Made by a program: the position numbers and the translations under genes. Below the pieces are notes generated by a model. It was not told the DNA's origin and searched no databases. It saw nothing but the letters and a program-made list of their open reading frames with translations. A DNA stretch of 64,000 bases. It comes from Psammoneis japonica. Its lineage: Eukaryota. This document shows, one piece after another, positions 1 through 13,117 of the stretch; positions within the stretch are counted from its first letter, which is position 1, and each line of letters begins with the position of its first letter. The stretch spans positions 62,001-126,000 of the forward strand of contig QPGO01000164.1 in assembly GCA_008632985.1 (NCBI GenBank), written 5' to 3'.

Positions 1-466
1 CTGGAGCCCTCCTTTAGATTCATCCACCGCTTGACGTCGCAGGGGGTTGTTTGAAGTGGCCTCTGGTTGGTGAACTCTTGTTCACATTGACAAGTCACCC
101 CGTCAAGAAATGACATGAGTGCAGTCAAGGTTGGTTTTAGACGGCGCGTTCTCCGTTGTATTGTTGTATAAATCGATCAGAACTGCGACGGACCATGCAA
201 CAAATCGGTTGTTTCGATGCGGAAAAAATTCCCGTGCTTCCTCCACAAAAGCACGGAAGGTACGGTCGCCGAAGAGGGGTAAGGGTCAGTACAACGTGTA
301 GAATTCAACGGAGGAATACAACATGGGTTGTATTCCCGGGATAATGTANGTATGAATACGGTATGTATCGCTCCACGCCACATCCACGCTCCACTCCACA
401 CTGCCATCTATTTTCAACTTCTACCATGGGCCATTCGCCGTTAGGTTCTCCACCACCAGAGAGACC

Positions 467-1491
467 ATGGACAACCGACACAATGCTGAAGCACAATACC
501 AGAACTCTCATAAAACCTCCTCTATAACGGTTCTGTTACTTTGTGGCCTACCAGCTTCGGGTAAATCAACGATGGCGCAGTTTCTCATGCAAGGCAAAAG
601 CAAAGAATTCTTGGGGTTTGATAATGTTGTGCATGTGGAATACGATGAGCTTGTGGATCAAGAGCTGTTCAATACTATGAATGGCGCTGAAGGATCTGAT
701 GTCAGTTTTGAAGAGTTTAACGACGAGTCATTGAAAGCATGGAAAACTACTCGTCAAAGAGCTTTGCAGAGCCTTGACGTTATACTTGACAAGTTCCGTA
801 TAGACGACGAAAACCGCCGAGACCTTGTTATAATGGACGATAACTTTTATCTACGATCCATGAGACGAAATGTATACTCATTGTGTCAGAAGCACAGTGC
901 TAAATCACTGTGTACTACGCCACCATTTGGGTGGATCGAACCGTGAAATCCTGTCTCGAGCTAAACACAACGAGAACAGGATCGCGATGCATACCCAACG
1001 AGGTGATTGAGAAAATGAATGATGCAATGGAACCGCCTGATACCAAGAAAGCGTCGTGGGAAACATGCTCGTTGCAAATTAATGCAACATTGGTGCCTAC
1101 TGCTGGTCTCGACAGTGATGATTTGGTTTTGAAACAAACTCAAGACTTGGTGTCACGAGCCGCGCAACACCCGGTGCAACCCGTGAATACGGTTGACTTG
1201 GAATTGTTGCAACAAGAGAGACAAGCAACACTAGATTCACGATTGCACTCGTACGATGGTTTGCTGCGTTCTTGGGTCGGTTTGGTTGCGCAACGAGACA
1301 AAACCAAAGCCTCGTTAGCGAATACCGCACGAAAGGAAATCATGCAGAAACTCAGACTTGAGCCACAAACGGAACCCAAAAAAGTCATGGCTTGGTTCTT
1401 GGACGCAATGAAAGGTTCATGGCGTGATGATTCAGCTCAAGCAGAACTTGCTCTTGACTTGGAAAAGAGTTTGGAGGGGACAAATCTATGA
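467..1491 (+). CDS. PSTK: L-seryl-tRNA(Sec) kinase (PSTK)-like P-loop kinase; one frameshift near 901-910, probably a consensus error
   Basis: Walker A LLCGLPASGKST, VIMDDNFYLRSMRR motif, then in the next frame YYATIWVD..CLELN..R...IPNEVIEKM..MEPP. ORFs 467-946 and 910-1491 join if one A is added in taaatc at about 902. Confidence 0.8.
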
Positions 1492-1860
1492 GCGTACTAC
1501 ACGGAGCAGGAGTTTTGCGATATTATACGATTTGCGAGGCTGGTCCAAATGTCGCTCCAGGGACTCGCAATGTCGCAAGCCCGCGGCTTTGTATGTCTAT
1601 CCAGCCTTTATGTTTGTGTGATTTCTCCCGAGGATACTTGCAGTGTTGTCTGATTTTCTCCCATAGTCATCGGTGAGGAAGCACCATCACGACGAATCCA
1701 ACAAGTGCCAGCCACGTTTTCCCATGTAATCCACATTCAAGTTGAAATGGGACAGTTTTGAAAGATTGTTAAAATTTACCTGTCTCAATAACTCGCTCAT
1801 TCGAACTAGGAGGGTTCTCTCTTTCTATAGTTAATTGAAAAGAAAGAAAGAACAGTGGCG

Positions 1861-2768
1861 CTAATTAGTATTCTCTTTCTTGTGCCACTTTACCACGTCG
1901 TCGTATTTCATATCTCCACCAAAGCAGTCGAGCGCGCTTCCAATCGTTAGGTCCACCTTGCCACCACCTAGTTTGTTCACCTGGTCCATATCCTCCATGG
2001 ATCGTACACCACCAGCATACGTGACAGGCACGGGCGAGTGCTTTCCGAGCAAAATGACCAAATCTTCCAAGATTCCACATCTCTTCCCTTCCACTTCAAC
2101 CCCATGCACTAAAAACTCATCACAATACTTTGCCAAATCCTCCAGCGTTTCCTTTGTGACGGCAACATCGGTGTACTTTTGCCACCGGTCGGTAACCACA
2201 AAATACGGCCCATCTTGTGTTTTTCTCCGACACGACAAATCCAAAACCAAACGTTCCTTCCCCACCTTGTTCACCAAGGACTTGAGCCGCTCCATATCCA
2301 CAAGACCGTTTCGAAAAACAAAGGACGTGACAATCACGTGGGATGCTCCCGCTTGGATCCATTCCTGGGCATTCGTATCGTTGATTCCTCCGCCAATCTG
2401 CAATCCCTGCGGATAAGCCGACAAGGCAGATTTGGCCTACAAATATAAAGTGAAAATAGAGAAATCGACGTAAAAGTTAACAACAAATTTTTGATATTGA
2501 CAAACACATGCCCGGCTATTATACACGCTGACAAAACTCATACCGCCTCGGTGTTGTTGGGTCCAAGCATAATCACGTGTCCTCCCGTCAGTCCATCACG
2601 TTTGTACATTTGAGCATAGTCAGACGCAGGACGATCCGTTGCAAAATTGGTCGCTGGAGCTTTGTTTGCTTCCGATTCGTTAGTGCTGGATGGGAGGTCT
2701 TGCAGAGTTGATCCCACGATTTGTTTGACTTGACCGCTGTGCAAATCAATGCAAGGACGAAACTTCAT
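1861..2768 (-). CDS. HIS6: Phosphoribosylformimino-5-aminoimidazole carboxamide ribotide isomerase (eukaryotic His6-type HisA), 2 exons
   Basis: [73 protein letters not shown] intron 2543-2437 joins [15 protein letters not shown] in frame. Confidence 0.95.
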
Positions 2769-2972
2769 TCTTTTTTCTTTCGGCTTCAGTACTGTCCCGT
2801 AGTTTTTCTTGTAATTCAACTTCTCAGGAGGTTCCTTTTACCAAGAATGTAGAGGCTCCAAACAGTCAATCCTTTATGAAAGGGGTAAGGGACTGAGATG
2901 ACGACAGCCAAAAACATCATTGTGAGCGCGGATGGAGAAAGGTGGAGGTCGGAGGGAAAGTGACTTCAGACT

Positions 2973-2994
2973 CGCGTGAAATTCACGCGCGAAA
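2973..2994. promoter_or_regulatory. Palindrome CGCGTGAAATTCACGCG overlapping an E2F-like GCGCGAAA site in the divergent His6/BTB intergenic region
   Basis: Palindrome seen directly at 2973-2989. Function is inferred from position only. Confidence 0.25.
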
Positions 2995-3367
2995 ATTAAC
3001 TTATGAAACTTCAAATAAAAATAATACTCTAGACATCGGAGTTCGTCTTTAACTTAGAATATATTCATACGTTAAAATGTATATAAGACGATCAGGCTTG
3101 CAACTGTAGAAAACGTACGAGTCCCGGACAAAAGCAACGAGTTTTGAGTAGATCTCCGTAGATTTAGTACCACAGCCTACAGATTACGGAAACGACACGG
3201 TGACTTCTTACTGTATTTCGCTCAACAACAACAACTCTTCGGCGTTCGGCGTTGCACTCGACAAAGCAAGAGCAAAAGCCAGAAGCTCCTTTGCGACCGC
3301 AAACACATATACAGTAGTACCGATACTCTCTTTGATAAGACTTTTGCGTTTTGCAGTAAACAAAATC

Positions 3368-5419
3368 ATGCAAGCCGATGCACATGACGACGACGAACTA
3401 TGGGCACCGATACCACCGCCTCCACCGCCACCACACGCTGCCGACGAAGACGACGACAATGACGACGACGGCCCAGCGGAGATTATAGGCGATGGAGAAC
3501 GAAATGAAGACGGAGTCTGGGAAGTAGGAATGGCGGAAGCTCCTTCACGGAGCCTTGAAGATGCTGATTTGGTAGGTTGTTGCTTTGCTGCATAATATTA
3601 TCCGGATGGTATGTTTTCATCCGAGTTAGATCTCTGTGCTTTTTGTCTCACTTTTTTCGCATTTCAATTTTGATTTCCATAGGTGCTCTTTCTCGAGTGC
3701 TCCGAGACAATCGACTGCCATCCAGACCATCCGATTCTTCAACCGGGAGAGACGGTCGCAATTGGATTAGAAAAGACTACCAAACTTTCCGAAGTTTTCC
3801 GGCGTTACTGCGCATTTTGCAACGAAAAGAGCAGTCCGTCTTCGTGCCGCGTCCAGCGAGCGGACTTGGAGTTTTTCCACTGCTCGCTCTTGAATGAACA
3901 TGACACTGCAGAGACAGCTGCATTGATGAAGAATGATCGTGTTCAGGTTCGTAAGGTTCGAGCCGATGAGCGGAGGGCCGAAATGGAGCAGAAGCGTTTC
4001 AAGAGGGAATCTGACAGAGAGTACTTTCGAAAGCTTCGTCAATTGCTTCCCGATGTGGTTGGAGCAAAGAGCTGCGACGTCTTATTTGATTGCCAGGGGA
4101 AGCTAACGGATGAAAACGGACTCAATCAACAGGTACTACGGACCTATGTGCAAGGACATTCCGCGATATTGTCCAAGAGATGTCCGTGGTTGGGCGTTAT
4201 TATTCAAACTGTCCGGGATGAGAATGGGCGACGCAGTGTGGTTACCATTCCTGACAACGAAGGAGGAGCTGATGGTGGTGAGGAAGAATCGCCGGTTGCG
4301 GCTGTTCAAAGGGACGAAGAAGGAGTTGAAACGATTCCTCCCAAGCCGCAGGACGAAGATGACGGCATTGAGGCACTTCATTACCCCCTTGACCAGCCTC
4401 GTCTGGAGCCAGGTAAAATGGTTGTCAACGATGACGATGCTCACGAGAGCAACGCTGCGGAAATCGAGAACTCTGAAGACGAGGACAATGGTTTCTCTCT
4501 TCCACGACGCCAAGGAGCCGATGGTGATGCAGACAGAGTTTCATCACCCGTCATCTCCTCAACATCGGGATCTAGCAATATGTTGTGGGTAACACTCGCT
4601 GACCATCCTCCGGAAGCTGTCAAGCTTCTACTGGAGTATTGCTACACGAATCGTGTGCTGGCCTTGGGCTATGAAGCATTCGTGGTGGCTAGTCGTACCA
4701 ACCCCTTGTCGTCGTCCTTGAATGGCAACGTTATGCCGTTTATTGGTACCTCTCGGCGATGGCCGAACAACGGGCTTCCACTAGTTTCGTTTTCTGTTGC
4801 GTTGTCGGGGCTTGCGCTTGCGGAGGAAGCGAGCATGCCGCGACTTGCACTCATGTGTGAAGTTGCTGCGTCTCAGTTGGTAAAAACGTCCAACTTTGTA
4901 GAGGCACTCGACATGTGCAGTACGCAGGAGCGGCTGACTGGTAATGGCTTGACACGACTTCGTGCGGCAGCAATGGACGTCTTGTTGCGTCGCGGCGAAC
5001 GCGGAGTAGTGGATGTCTGCCGACTGCCAACCTTTCAGAAGGCTCTGTTGGAACGTAGCTCAACGGTTGTTCCAAGCTTACTGAGTGGAACAAGAGATGC
5101 AGTGGCACCAAAGAAAGCGTCGACCCCGCTAAGCGGATCGAAGCGACATTGGTCAGAAGTTTCCTCCACTAGACGTTGCTTTGAACAAATGGACAAGGAA
5201 GATTCGTACAAGCGAGAATTGGAGCGCCGAAAACGTCGAAAGGAAAGGAGGAAAGATAGAGGACAGGATAGTGACGAGGACGATTATTCTGTTGCTACTT
5301 CGAAAAAGAGTCTCAAGAGAATGTATCCCCAATCTCTTCTAGGAAAGCGGGGTGCGTCACGAGTCGCAGCTAGCAAATTTTCGAGCAGACGACGAAATGC
5401 ACGAAAGAGAGGTGCCTGA
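3368..5419 (+). CDS. Protein with a ubiquitin/SUMO-like domain and a split BTB/POZ domain, basic C-terminus, 2 exons
   Basis: ATG 3368; intron 3572-3682 (gtaggt...tttccatag) joins in frame. KTTKLSEVFRRY..F..L...DT...L....D.V resembles a SUMO-like domain. CDVLF..VQGHSAILSKRCPWL and VTLADHPPEAVKLLLEYCYT are BTB halves separated by an acidic insert. Confidence 0.75.
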
Positions 5420-6059
5420 GGCGGCGTGGACGTAGAAGAAAGATGTAATTATTGACCTCGGCCAACATAACTGGTCTCGATAGGCACTTTTTAGATGATT
5501 TTATGTATTCCTACAACCGGGAAAGATGTTTCGGCCTGGACAGAGCAGGGGTGTAACTGCACTTTAAGAGGAACCCTGGCTATTTCTGAACAGCACTCCA
5601 TCTTGACTCTTCACAATTCATTCCATTTGCTACATAGAACTCTACTCTAGTAGAGGGCTAGACAGAGCCCGCTGATGAGTTGAGAGATGCCACGCAGTTG
5701 TCATCGAGTTTTGCTTCGGCAGCTGCCGGTACGTATGGACACACCGTAGCATGACAAGTGCCAGCAGTATGGCAGGGGTACAAACAACGACTCCGTAGCT
5801 CAAACCTGGTGTTGTGCAAACAACATAATATGCCGCTGGGTGATTGGATGGCAGATGTTATTTGACGAACCGATCTTTTTAATATTTTGTCTACAAAGAA
5901 TACATGCATTACCGAGACACCTGATTCGTCTCAAGCTCGGAGCAATTACAGAGCAAATCACGTTTGGTTTGTACAATTCAGTGCTGAATGAAAAATGTAA
6001 TGACGGAAGTGTGAAAAAAGAAATCCTCAGCAATGTAGCCAGAGAAGCAGCAAAGTTGG

Positions 6060-8279
6060 TCAGACAATTTCCGGCACAAGCCGGACTTGCTCTGAGGTTG
6101 CTTCCTGGAATATCCCGTTGCCATCCTCATGATCGAGTGGTAGGGGTTTCACATCTGCCGCCACAATCACCTCTCCCGACCCCTCATCCGTTGCCGGAAC
6201 AGTCGCTGCAACCGGAATCGCATCGGCGTATGCAATTGGAATGTCGGTAGGGTTGTTATCGTCCCTCTCCTCTTCACTGCATTCTTGAGTGTCAAATCCC
6301 AACAGACCAGCGTAGTACTTGTAGGTGCTGATACTATGCCAGGGTCTTTGGTGAGGGCGTTTACCAAGAACCACAAACTGGCGTCGAGCCAATTTCCATT
6401 GCTGCGCCTGGAGAAAGCAGAAAGCAAAGTAGCTTCGCGCGAAGCGTTCTTTTGAGGTATTAGGATTGCCATCCTCGAGATGAATTGGCGTTTCAGCGGA
6501 AACAAGCTTTTCATTCGGAAAAGAACGGTAATATGCACCCACGAGTTGCTGTAGAACGTCTGGGCTCTTCCAATACTTTCCACCGTTCGCTGAGGGATCA
6601 ATCAAGGTTCGTTCGTAATGTGCCATAGGCACAAGTACCCACAGTGGGTGGCCGTGTGGTAGCTGCTGCGTGACAGATTTCACATAATCAAACATTTGAT
6701 CATGAGACCCATGCCACTTTTGGCAGTGATATTGCAAAGCACTTAGGTGGAATCCATAGTGCAAGGGGTCTTGGGAGCAAGCCACGGCCGCGCGAGCTTC
6801 CTCCATGGTCATCAAACCAGGATGTTTCAACGACGTCAGACCCAACAAAATAGGATTGGCCGCTTCGTACAACAAGGGGTCGTCCGCAGGGCATATAGCT
6901 CGAGCTCGTTCAAGCTCTTGGGCGGCTTCCTTGAGGCGCTGATGAAACATGGCGAAGCGTTCTTTTGATACATTGCGAGCTAAACCGCCGGTACGGACAT
7001 GCCACGCCCAAGCAGCGTACGTTTCAAGTCGAATCAACCGGCAATCGACATTTTGGGGTTCCGCCGCAAGCCATCCATTGAGCATGGGACTCATGATCAT
7101 TGCACCGCCGCCTTCGGCATCGAATACTTGAGCGGCGGAAGACGACCACGTTTGTTCAATGTAGGTCTGCACCGTTCCAATCCAGAAGGATCGTTCCTCT
7201 TTGGGCAATGTGGCAAAAAAATCTCGAATCACTCGCCAATCTGCCATGGCCACTGCATTCTTGAGGGTCAAGGCTTGCTGAGGGTCAGCCCTGTCAGCGA
7301 TGCCATAAAAGGAAAATCCAGCGCGACCGTCGTCCAAGACTTGTAAATGCTTGCAAGAAGGAGAAGTAGCTGCGGGTCGCTCACCCATTAACAACGCCGC
7401 AACATCAGAGGCAACTTTGCGGATGTCAGGTGGAGCGTTGTCCATACCTAGCTCATCTTTGGCATAAGATAGGACAGGGTTGGTGATGAAGGATCCAAAC
7501 ACTTCAATCAATTCGTATTGTTGGTCAGTCTTGTACTGAATCAATCGAAAAAGACGCTCTTTATTGTCACCGGTTGCCAGAGCCCCAATGGGGTTGGCAC
7601 GAACTTGGTAAAGCATGAGGTACGCATTGCTCTTGTCGGCCTGTCGTTCATAGAATTGCTTGGCTTCCACATGGTAAGGATCTAGTCCTTTGATCAAGAG
7701 GACGCGAGCAAATGCAGCTTCGACTGGGCGCTCAGACACGGGTTGCTGTCGCCAAAGCCTCACAATTTCGTTCGCCACTTGATCTGAAAAATTGGTGAAA
7801 CCAGATCCATTCAGCGCAACATTAAACAGAGTCAGATATTTCAGACAATTCTTGGAATCACTGCTTGGGCAGTGCTTGAGAATTTCGGCCGACAGCATAC
7901 CAGCCGCATCATACCGGCCTTGCTCCATAAGCTGTCGAATCTTGATGTCGGCGGCGACCGAACTGCCACCATCTCGTTCTTGCATGCTGCTAGCAGCGAC
8001 GCCGGCACCGGTCAAACGACGTTGATAGGCCTTGTACTGGTCGAGGTCAAACTGCACTTGGCAGGCGAGACACTTGACAACAAAATGTTCTTCGCCCACT
8101 GGAAAACAGGGGATCCAGTACATGTGACAATGTCTCTGAAGAACAAAAACACGACATTTATTCAACGCCCCACAGCCACGAGCTGGACAGTGAGTGGGGG
8201 CTCCTTGCTCCAACAAACGTGTACCGCCGTTGGCAACCGGCTGGAAAACGTTCTTGTAGCCCCAAATGATGAACACCAT
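6060..8279 (-). CDS. Zinc-ribbon (zinc_ribbon_15-like) plus DUF4034-like protein, intronless
   Basis: MVFIIWG..CPARGC..HMYWIPCFP..KCLAC at the N-terminus. AWAWHVRTGGLARNVSKERFAMFHQRLKEA and YHCQKWHGSHDQMFDY resemble DUF4034 proteins. Confidence 0.7.
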   Translation of the reverse strand: MVFIIWGYKNVFQPVANGGTRLLEQGAPTHCPARGCGALNKCRVFVLQRHCHMYWIPCFPVGEEHFVVKCLACQVQFDLDQYKAYQRRLTGAGVAASSMQERDGGSSVAADIKIRQLMEQGRYDAAGMLSAEILKHCPSSDSKNCLKYLTLFNVALNGSGFTNFSDQVANEIVRLWRQQPVSERPVEAAFARVLLIKGLDPYHVEAKQFYERQADKSNAYLMLYQVRANPIGALATGDNKERLFRLIQYKTDQQYELIEVFGSFITNPVLSYAKDELGMDNAPPDIRKVASDVAALLMGERPAATSPSCKHLQVLDDGRAGFSFYGIADRADPQQALTLKNAVAMADWRVIRDFFATLPKEERSFWIGTVQTYIEQTWSSSAAQVFDAEGGGAMIMSPMLNGWLAAEPQNVDCRLIRLETYAAWAWHVRTGGLARNVSKERFAMFHQRLKEAAQELERARAICPADDPLLYEAANPILLGLTSLKHPGLMTMEEARAAVACSQDPLHYGFHLSALQYHCQKWHGSHDQMFDYVKSVTQQLPHGHPLWVLVPMAHYERTLIDPSANGGKYWKSPDVLQQLVGAYYRSFPNEKLVSAETPIHLEDGNPNTSKERFARSYFAFCFLQAQQWKLARRQFVVLGKRPHQRPWHSISTYKYYAGLLGFDTQECSEEERDDNNPTDIPIAYADAIPVAATVPATDEGSGEVIVAADVKPLPLDHEDGNGIFQEATSEQVRLVPEIV

Positions 8280-8639
8280 TGTTTCGTCGAGATCAGAATG
8301 AGAGCACCTCACTTGCACTGTGATGTTTTGTGTGCAGCCGCCATGAAATAGGCAACAACCAACAACAAGGATACATCACATCGATCCGCGTATCGTCGAG
8401 TCGTGGTTCGCGGTTTTGATTGCTGGTTCGCGGTTCGCGGATCGCGGAAACCGCACAACACACCAACACCTACCTGCAGACCAAACCTGCGCAGGATTAG
8501 CTGGACTAACCAGGCAATCAATCAATCAACTCAACGATTGCTAGTTAATGCTAGCGCCCTCTACACTTGTCACCAAAACACGACCGTGAACACCACGTGA
8601 GAATCTGTTGCAGTCGTTTGTTCTTGTCAACCACAAAGA

Positions 8640-10750
8640 ACCACCATCAAGTCAACAAGATGTGTGTGATCTGAGCAAGTCTGCACAGCAGCTCCAGTGC
8701 TGACTGCTGTCATGGGGCAAATGTGTGACAATGTGTGCTCAAGCAACAAAAAATCTGTTGCTTGCTGGTTGTGGTTTTCACACCAGTCAGCATCATTTTT
8801 TCACTGTTGCTGTGTTGTGTTGTGAGGAAATGCCGTCAAAACAGGTGTGCAAAAATGGCAACACCAGCACTTTCAACAAAACCTTGCATTTGACACCCCC
8901 TCTGCAGTGACCCTTGCACCCAAGTTGATCAAACACTGCAAGTGATGCCCAGCATTCACCTTCAATGCCAAGGAATGTGATGCACCCAAGAAGATGGCAC
9001 AATTCTGGTGCTTCTTTTTTCCATGCTGAGTGGGGCTGCGCTGGATTTTTGTCTTCCAACACTTTGTTGGAGTTGACAGCAATGAAAAGACTGCAAAACT
9101 TGTGTTCAAAGTTTTGGTGGCACAAAAAACAGTGGTGGCAAATGAGCTTGGTTTTGTGCTTGACTCTCCAACCCAGGTGACTTGGGAGAGGCACTTGTGT
9201 GGGTGGTTGTTGATGCCAGTGCCAAGGAAGAGGCAGTGCAAGAAATGTGCAAAGTTGTTGCCCTGTGATGTGGAGGAATGAAAAAAGTGGATCACATTGT
9301 TGTTCAGAAGTCATGGTCCCACAGGCCCAGGCACGTGGGATCTTTGTCATTGATGGATGCACTGTGTCAATTCCTGGTGTCAACAAGTTCCCACGTTCAA
9401 ACCATCTTCAATGAACAGATTTCCCAGCAGGGGCAGAGGTGTTGTGCTGTTGATGAAGATCTTTGGCATGAGCCATGTTCAGCAACTTTTTCACTTGCAG
9501 TGCTGGCTCTCTCTAATCTGCTTTGCACTTGTGAATGAAACCTTTGGTGTTTTCTTGTGCCAGACCAAGCAATGTTCATGATGACAGAGAAAAAAACAAC
9601 TCTTGTCACTGCATTCACTGTGGTGGGACATGGCATGATGTGCACATTTGTTTTCCCACATTTTTGCCACACCAAACAAAAAGCTGCGGGGATGTTTCAA
9701 ACCAGCTTGCAATCCATCAGCACAGATGCTCACAAAATGAAAAACTCAGCACAAATTTTTATGGTGTTCACAGCATGCATGGTGGCATGCTCTTGTGAAG
9801 ATTTGTTCCAGAGTGCACACATTCTGACATGGACTCACACAAAACCTTTGGCAATGTGGCAATTTCAGCAAAAAATTGGGCTAGTCTGTGCCGACTGTGC
9901 CCCCCCCCCTCAAGTTGTTGCTGTGTGCACTCCACATGGCCATTGGTGTGGCACATTGGCGTGCATGCATGCATGCACGCAGAGTTTCTTGGGCCATGTG
10001 GCCAGGCTGTGGGGGCCCGTCATGTCCAAAGAGCGACGAGGCGTGCCTTTCTGACATGTGCAGAGAGAGTGGAAGCCACACAAACATTTCTTTCATGGGT
10101 GCAGCTCTCAGAGTTTCATTCTGGTGTGCAAGCAAAAATTCAATGATGTCTTTCTGCACGCAAAAGTTTTTCTCACACATCACATGCACACGTGTCACCA
10201 GCTCTCCCACAGGTGATGATGCTGAGGCAATGTGTGTTGTGTGGGAGAGTGTGCGAAAATGAGACCATCTTGACAAGTTCAAAGCAGTGTGGCAATGCTA
10301 AAAATTGTTGTTGTGCAGCACCATGCTGCAAATGGTTGGTCTGTCAATGGACAAAATGAGGTCATGGACTGCTTCACGAGAAGCAAAGCTCTTTTCTGTG
10401 CAAGATCACATGTGCTGGAGCCAGCCAGCACACAGAAATGCTCATTTCCATTTAAGCCATAAATTGTCATGTAATTGGTTGCCAACACCGACTGCTCCAA
10501 CACCAACTGCTCCAATGTGCCAATGCTGGCTGCGCTCCACAATCCCAACGCGAGACTGCGGACTGCGCCGCGCGAACCATCCTCAAAGCTCAAAGCCCAT
10601 GCTTCGCGCGAACGCGCATCGCGTCACTCGTCGTTCGCCGCCGCCAACGCGGCAGAGCCGCCGCCCTCCGCCGCTCACTTTTTGCATCCCCTGATCCCTG
10701 ATGCGATGCGTAGTCCATCACGTTTGCACATCACACATCACCGCATCTCA
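8640..10750. mobile_element. Unclassified hypermutated repeat block (TpA- and CpG-depleted)
   Basis: Abrupt shift to TG/CA-rich sequence with Cys/His-rich ORFs in all frames, the same signature as the identifiable TEs. No family motif recognised. Confidence 0.5.
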
Positions 10751-10764
10751 CAGTGCGAATCAAG

Positions 10765-13024
10765 ATGGGAGTAAATCATCTTCTAGGAACCATGATGAGG
10801 CTTTTCGAATTGTTTCTGATGCTAGCTGTTTTCAATGATGTCTCGTTCGGTTTCTCAGTGGGCCGGATTGCATCTCGTCGGACATGCGGCGCCTTGACAC
10901 CATCCCTTATTCGAGAACAATTTCCAATGTGGGCGGCTGCGAGTGCAGACGAGACGGGAGAAGTCGGGAGTGGTCCCAATTGGATCGAACGGTCCTTCCC
11001 TGTAGACGTCGAAGGAGACGAGGAAATGAATGCCAAAAAGGTGGAAGATTATGATTTGGGCATATCGGGCGTGTCGTTTCAGACCGGACCACTTAGCAAA
11101 CGTATGTTTGACGCCATCATGTCCACCAATAAAAACAAAATGGAAATGTCGGACGAAGTGCGTACGGCCTTTACGCTGTATGCAATGGACTTTACGGCCA
11201 AGGAAGCGACAAAGGCTGCTTTAAAACAAAATGGATTGGAAATGGTGCTAGAAACAGACATGGAGGACGAAGTACGTCATTTTCTTTTTGTTTTCCAATG
11301 TTCCATGTTTATTCCAACATATACCGTCTCATAATTTTATCGTTCTCTGTCACATGGCATTTTTCCAGGGTCTTTGGGGCGATGTGGACTCTATTCAACT
11401 GTTGGATCCTGATACCGAAACACCCGTCGGACCCCTTTATGATACGACTGATGATGCGATCAAGGACTGGACACCAGGACAGGGGTTTAACTTTGTCGTC
11501 AGACAAGTGCCTGCAAAGCTTCGAGAGTTATCCTTGGATGAATTGCTACAAGCGCTTGATCCGGATGGTAAATTACGTGAAGAGGCAAAGGCAAAGGGCA
11601 TGACGCTGCCCGATGAAGACCTGACAAGTCTCTCAGCTTTGGCCAATGATTCTTTGCGCCGTAGTCAGTATATACCTGGCGATAACGAGAGCAAGATGAT
11701 GATGAACCGTTTGCTGGAATTGAAAATAAAAGGGGATACAGCGTCATTTCAATGTCTGACTTGCTAAATGACAATATCAACTCGGATGGAACCGAAAACC
11801 AAAAGAGTAAGTTCGCGATCGAGGCACATGTAGCGCATGGTATACGAACCAACGACTAAAATTTCTTTCCAATCTTGTTTCTCTTTAGCTTTAATGCACG
11901 TAATGGATGCTCTTGTATCGCATGGTGCTCTGGTTGTGGACATTACAGATGGTGGAGCGAACTCTAGCCGCGCACTTGTAATGGCAGAAATGTGGAATGA
12001 GACTGAGAAGCTGTTTCGTTATAGGCAGCGACCCTGAGTATTTGAATACAATGTCGGCCGTTTCAACGGCAGTTGGTAGCACCGGATCGAGTCAAGCAAA
12101 GGTGGGATTTAGTAGCTATGACGAGGAGCAACACAAGTGATCGAAACACGTTTTGAAAGGAAGTCAGAAACAAAGATAGGCCCCGAGGGGATTCAAGATA
12201 TCTTGGGACCAGATGGAGTTTCGAAGCTTCGCGCATCGTTTGATTTGCTGACCGATATTGGAAAGAGCGTAGTACGTATTACCAATGCCGCTAGCAGCAT
12301 GGAAGCAAATGCGTTCGCAATGTCGTCGGTTGAGGATGACGGGGATAGTCCGTCAATATCTGGTTTAGCGTTTCTGTCAGGAGAAGAAGATGAAGATGGC
12401 TCAAAGGAAGCAGCAAAAGCCTCAGAAAGGCATCTCGAATGGTGCAAGAGATTATAGACGACGCGACACCTTTTGGACTCTCGGATTCAGAAGAGCAGAG
12501 TATCTCAAGCATGACTTCCCAAAGCTTTCGCCAATACAAATCCAGCGAGAACAATACAGAAGCAGAACGGATGGGTTTGTTTTCTCCACAAGTGGACTCA
12601 TCTTTCGCGGCTTTGTATCCCGTTGCCGCTGATTCGGAAGAGGAAGTATTTGACGAGGACGTGGATCGCTGGTACAGACCCGCTCTAATGGCACGCCGTC
12701 ACTGGGAGTCGCAACATGAAGATTCACTAGAGGACGGCGCACTTCTTCCATGGCACACACGATATGTGATAGTAATGCCCGGAGAACTTCTGCAGCTAAC
12801 CACAAGGGACGAAGTTCCTGCGGCGGTGCACAGATCGCGAAGCTCAACGACGGCGGATTGCCTCGCCTTGCTGCTCCGGTCTTTCTTCATGGTCGCCCCG
12901 AGTCGAAAATGGATGTTGAAAAATACTTTGGAAGGCCAGATAAAGCTGGTCCTTTGCTGATGATTGTCTGGGAATGACACTGGGGGAGATTTCTGATGCT
13001 ATGCAACCTTCATCTTTTCAATAA
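10765..13024 (+). CDS. Multi-exon, probably plastid-targeted protein with a C-terminal 2OG-Fe(II) oxygenase-like fold; several frameshifts
   Basis: Hydrophobic signal followed by VSFG-FSV. Intron about 11272-11368. C-terminal VDSSF..LYPVA, YVIVMPGELLQLTTRDEVPAAVHR, RLAAPVFL resemble the IPNS-like fold. Reading frame shifts several times; stop at 13022-13024. Confidence 0.55.
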
Positions 13025-13117
13025 GGACTTGTTGTGCCGTAACTTGCTGTCTGTTCTTATCCTTTATTTAGTCGTGCATGCAACAATACGATCAATCTTG
13101 AAGGAAGAGGGAAAGTC

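Noticed and set aside
895..915. Programmed frameshift in PSTK (and shifts in the NmrA and 2OG-like genes)
   Set aside because: Single-base indels, at least one in a short homopolymer, occur in several unrelated conserved genes, and an N is present at 349. Consensus error is the simpler explanation.
1880..2416. Long antisense ORFs opposite His6 and other genes (e.g. 40653-41234, 51940-52446)
   Set aside because: Shadow ORFs of real coding sequence.
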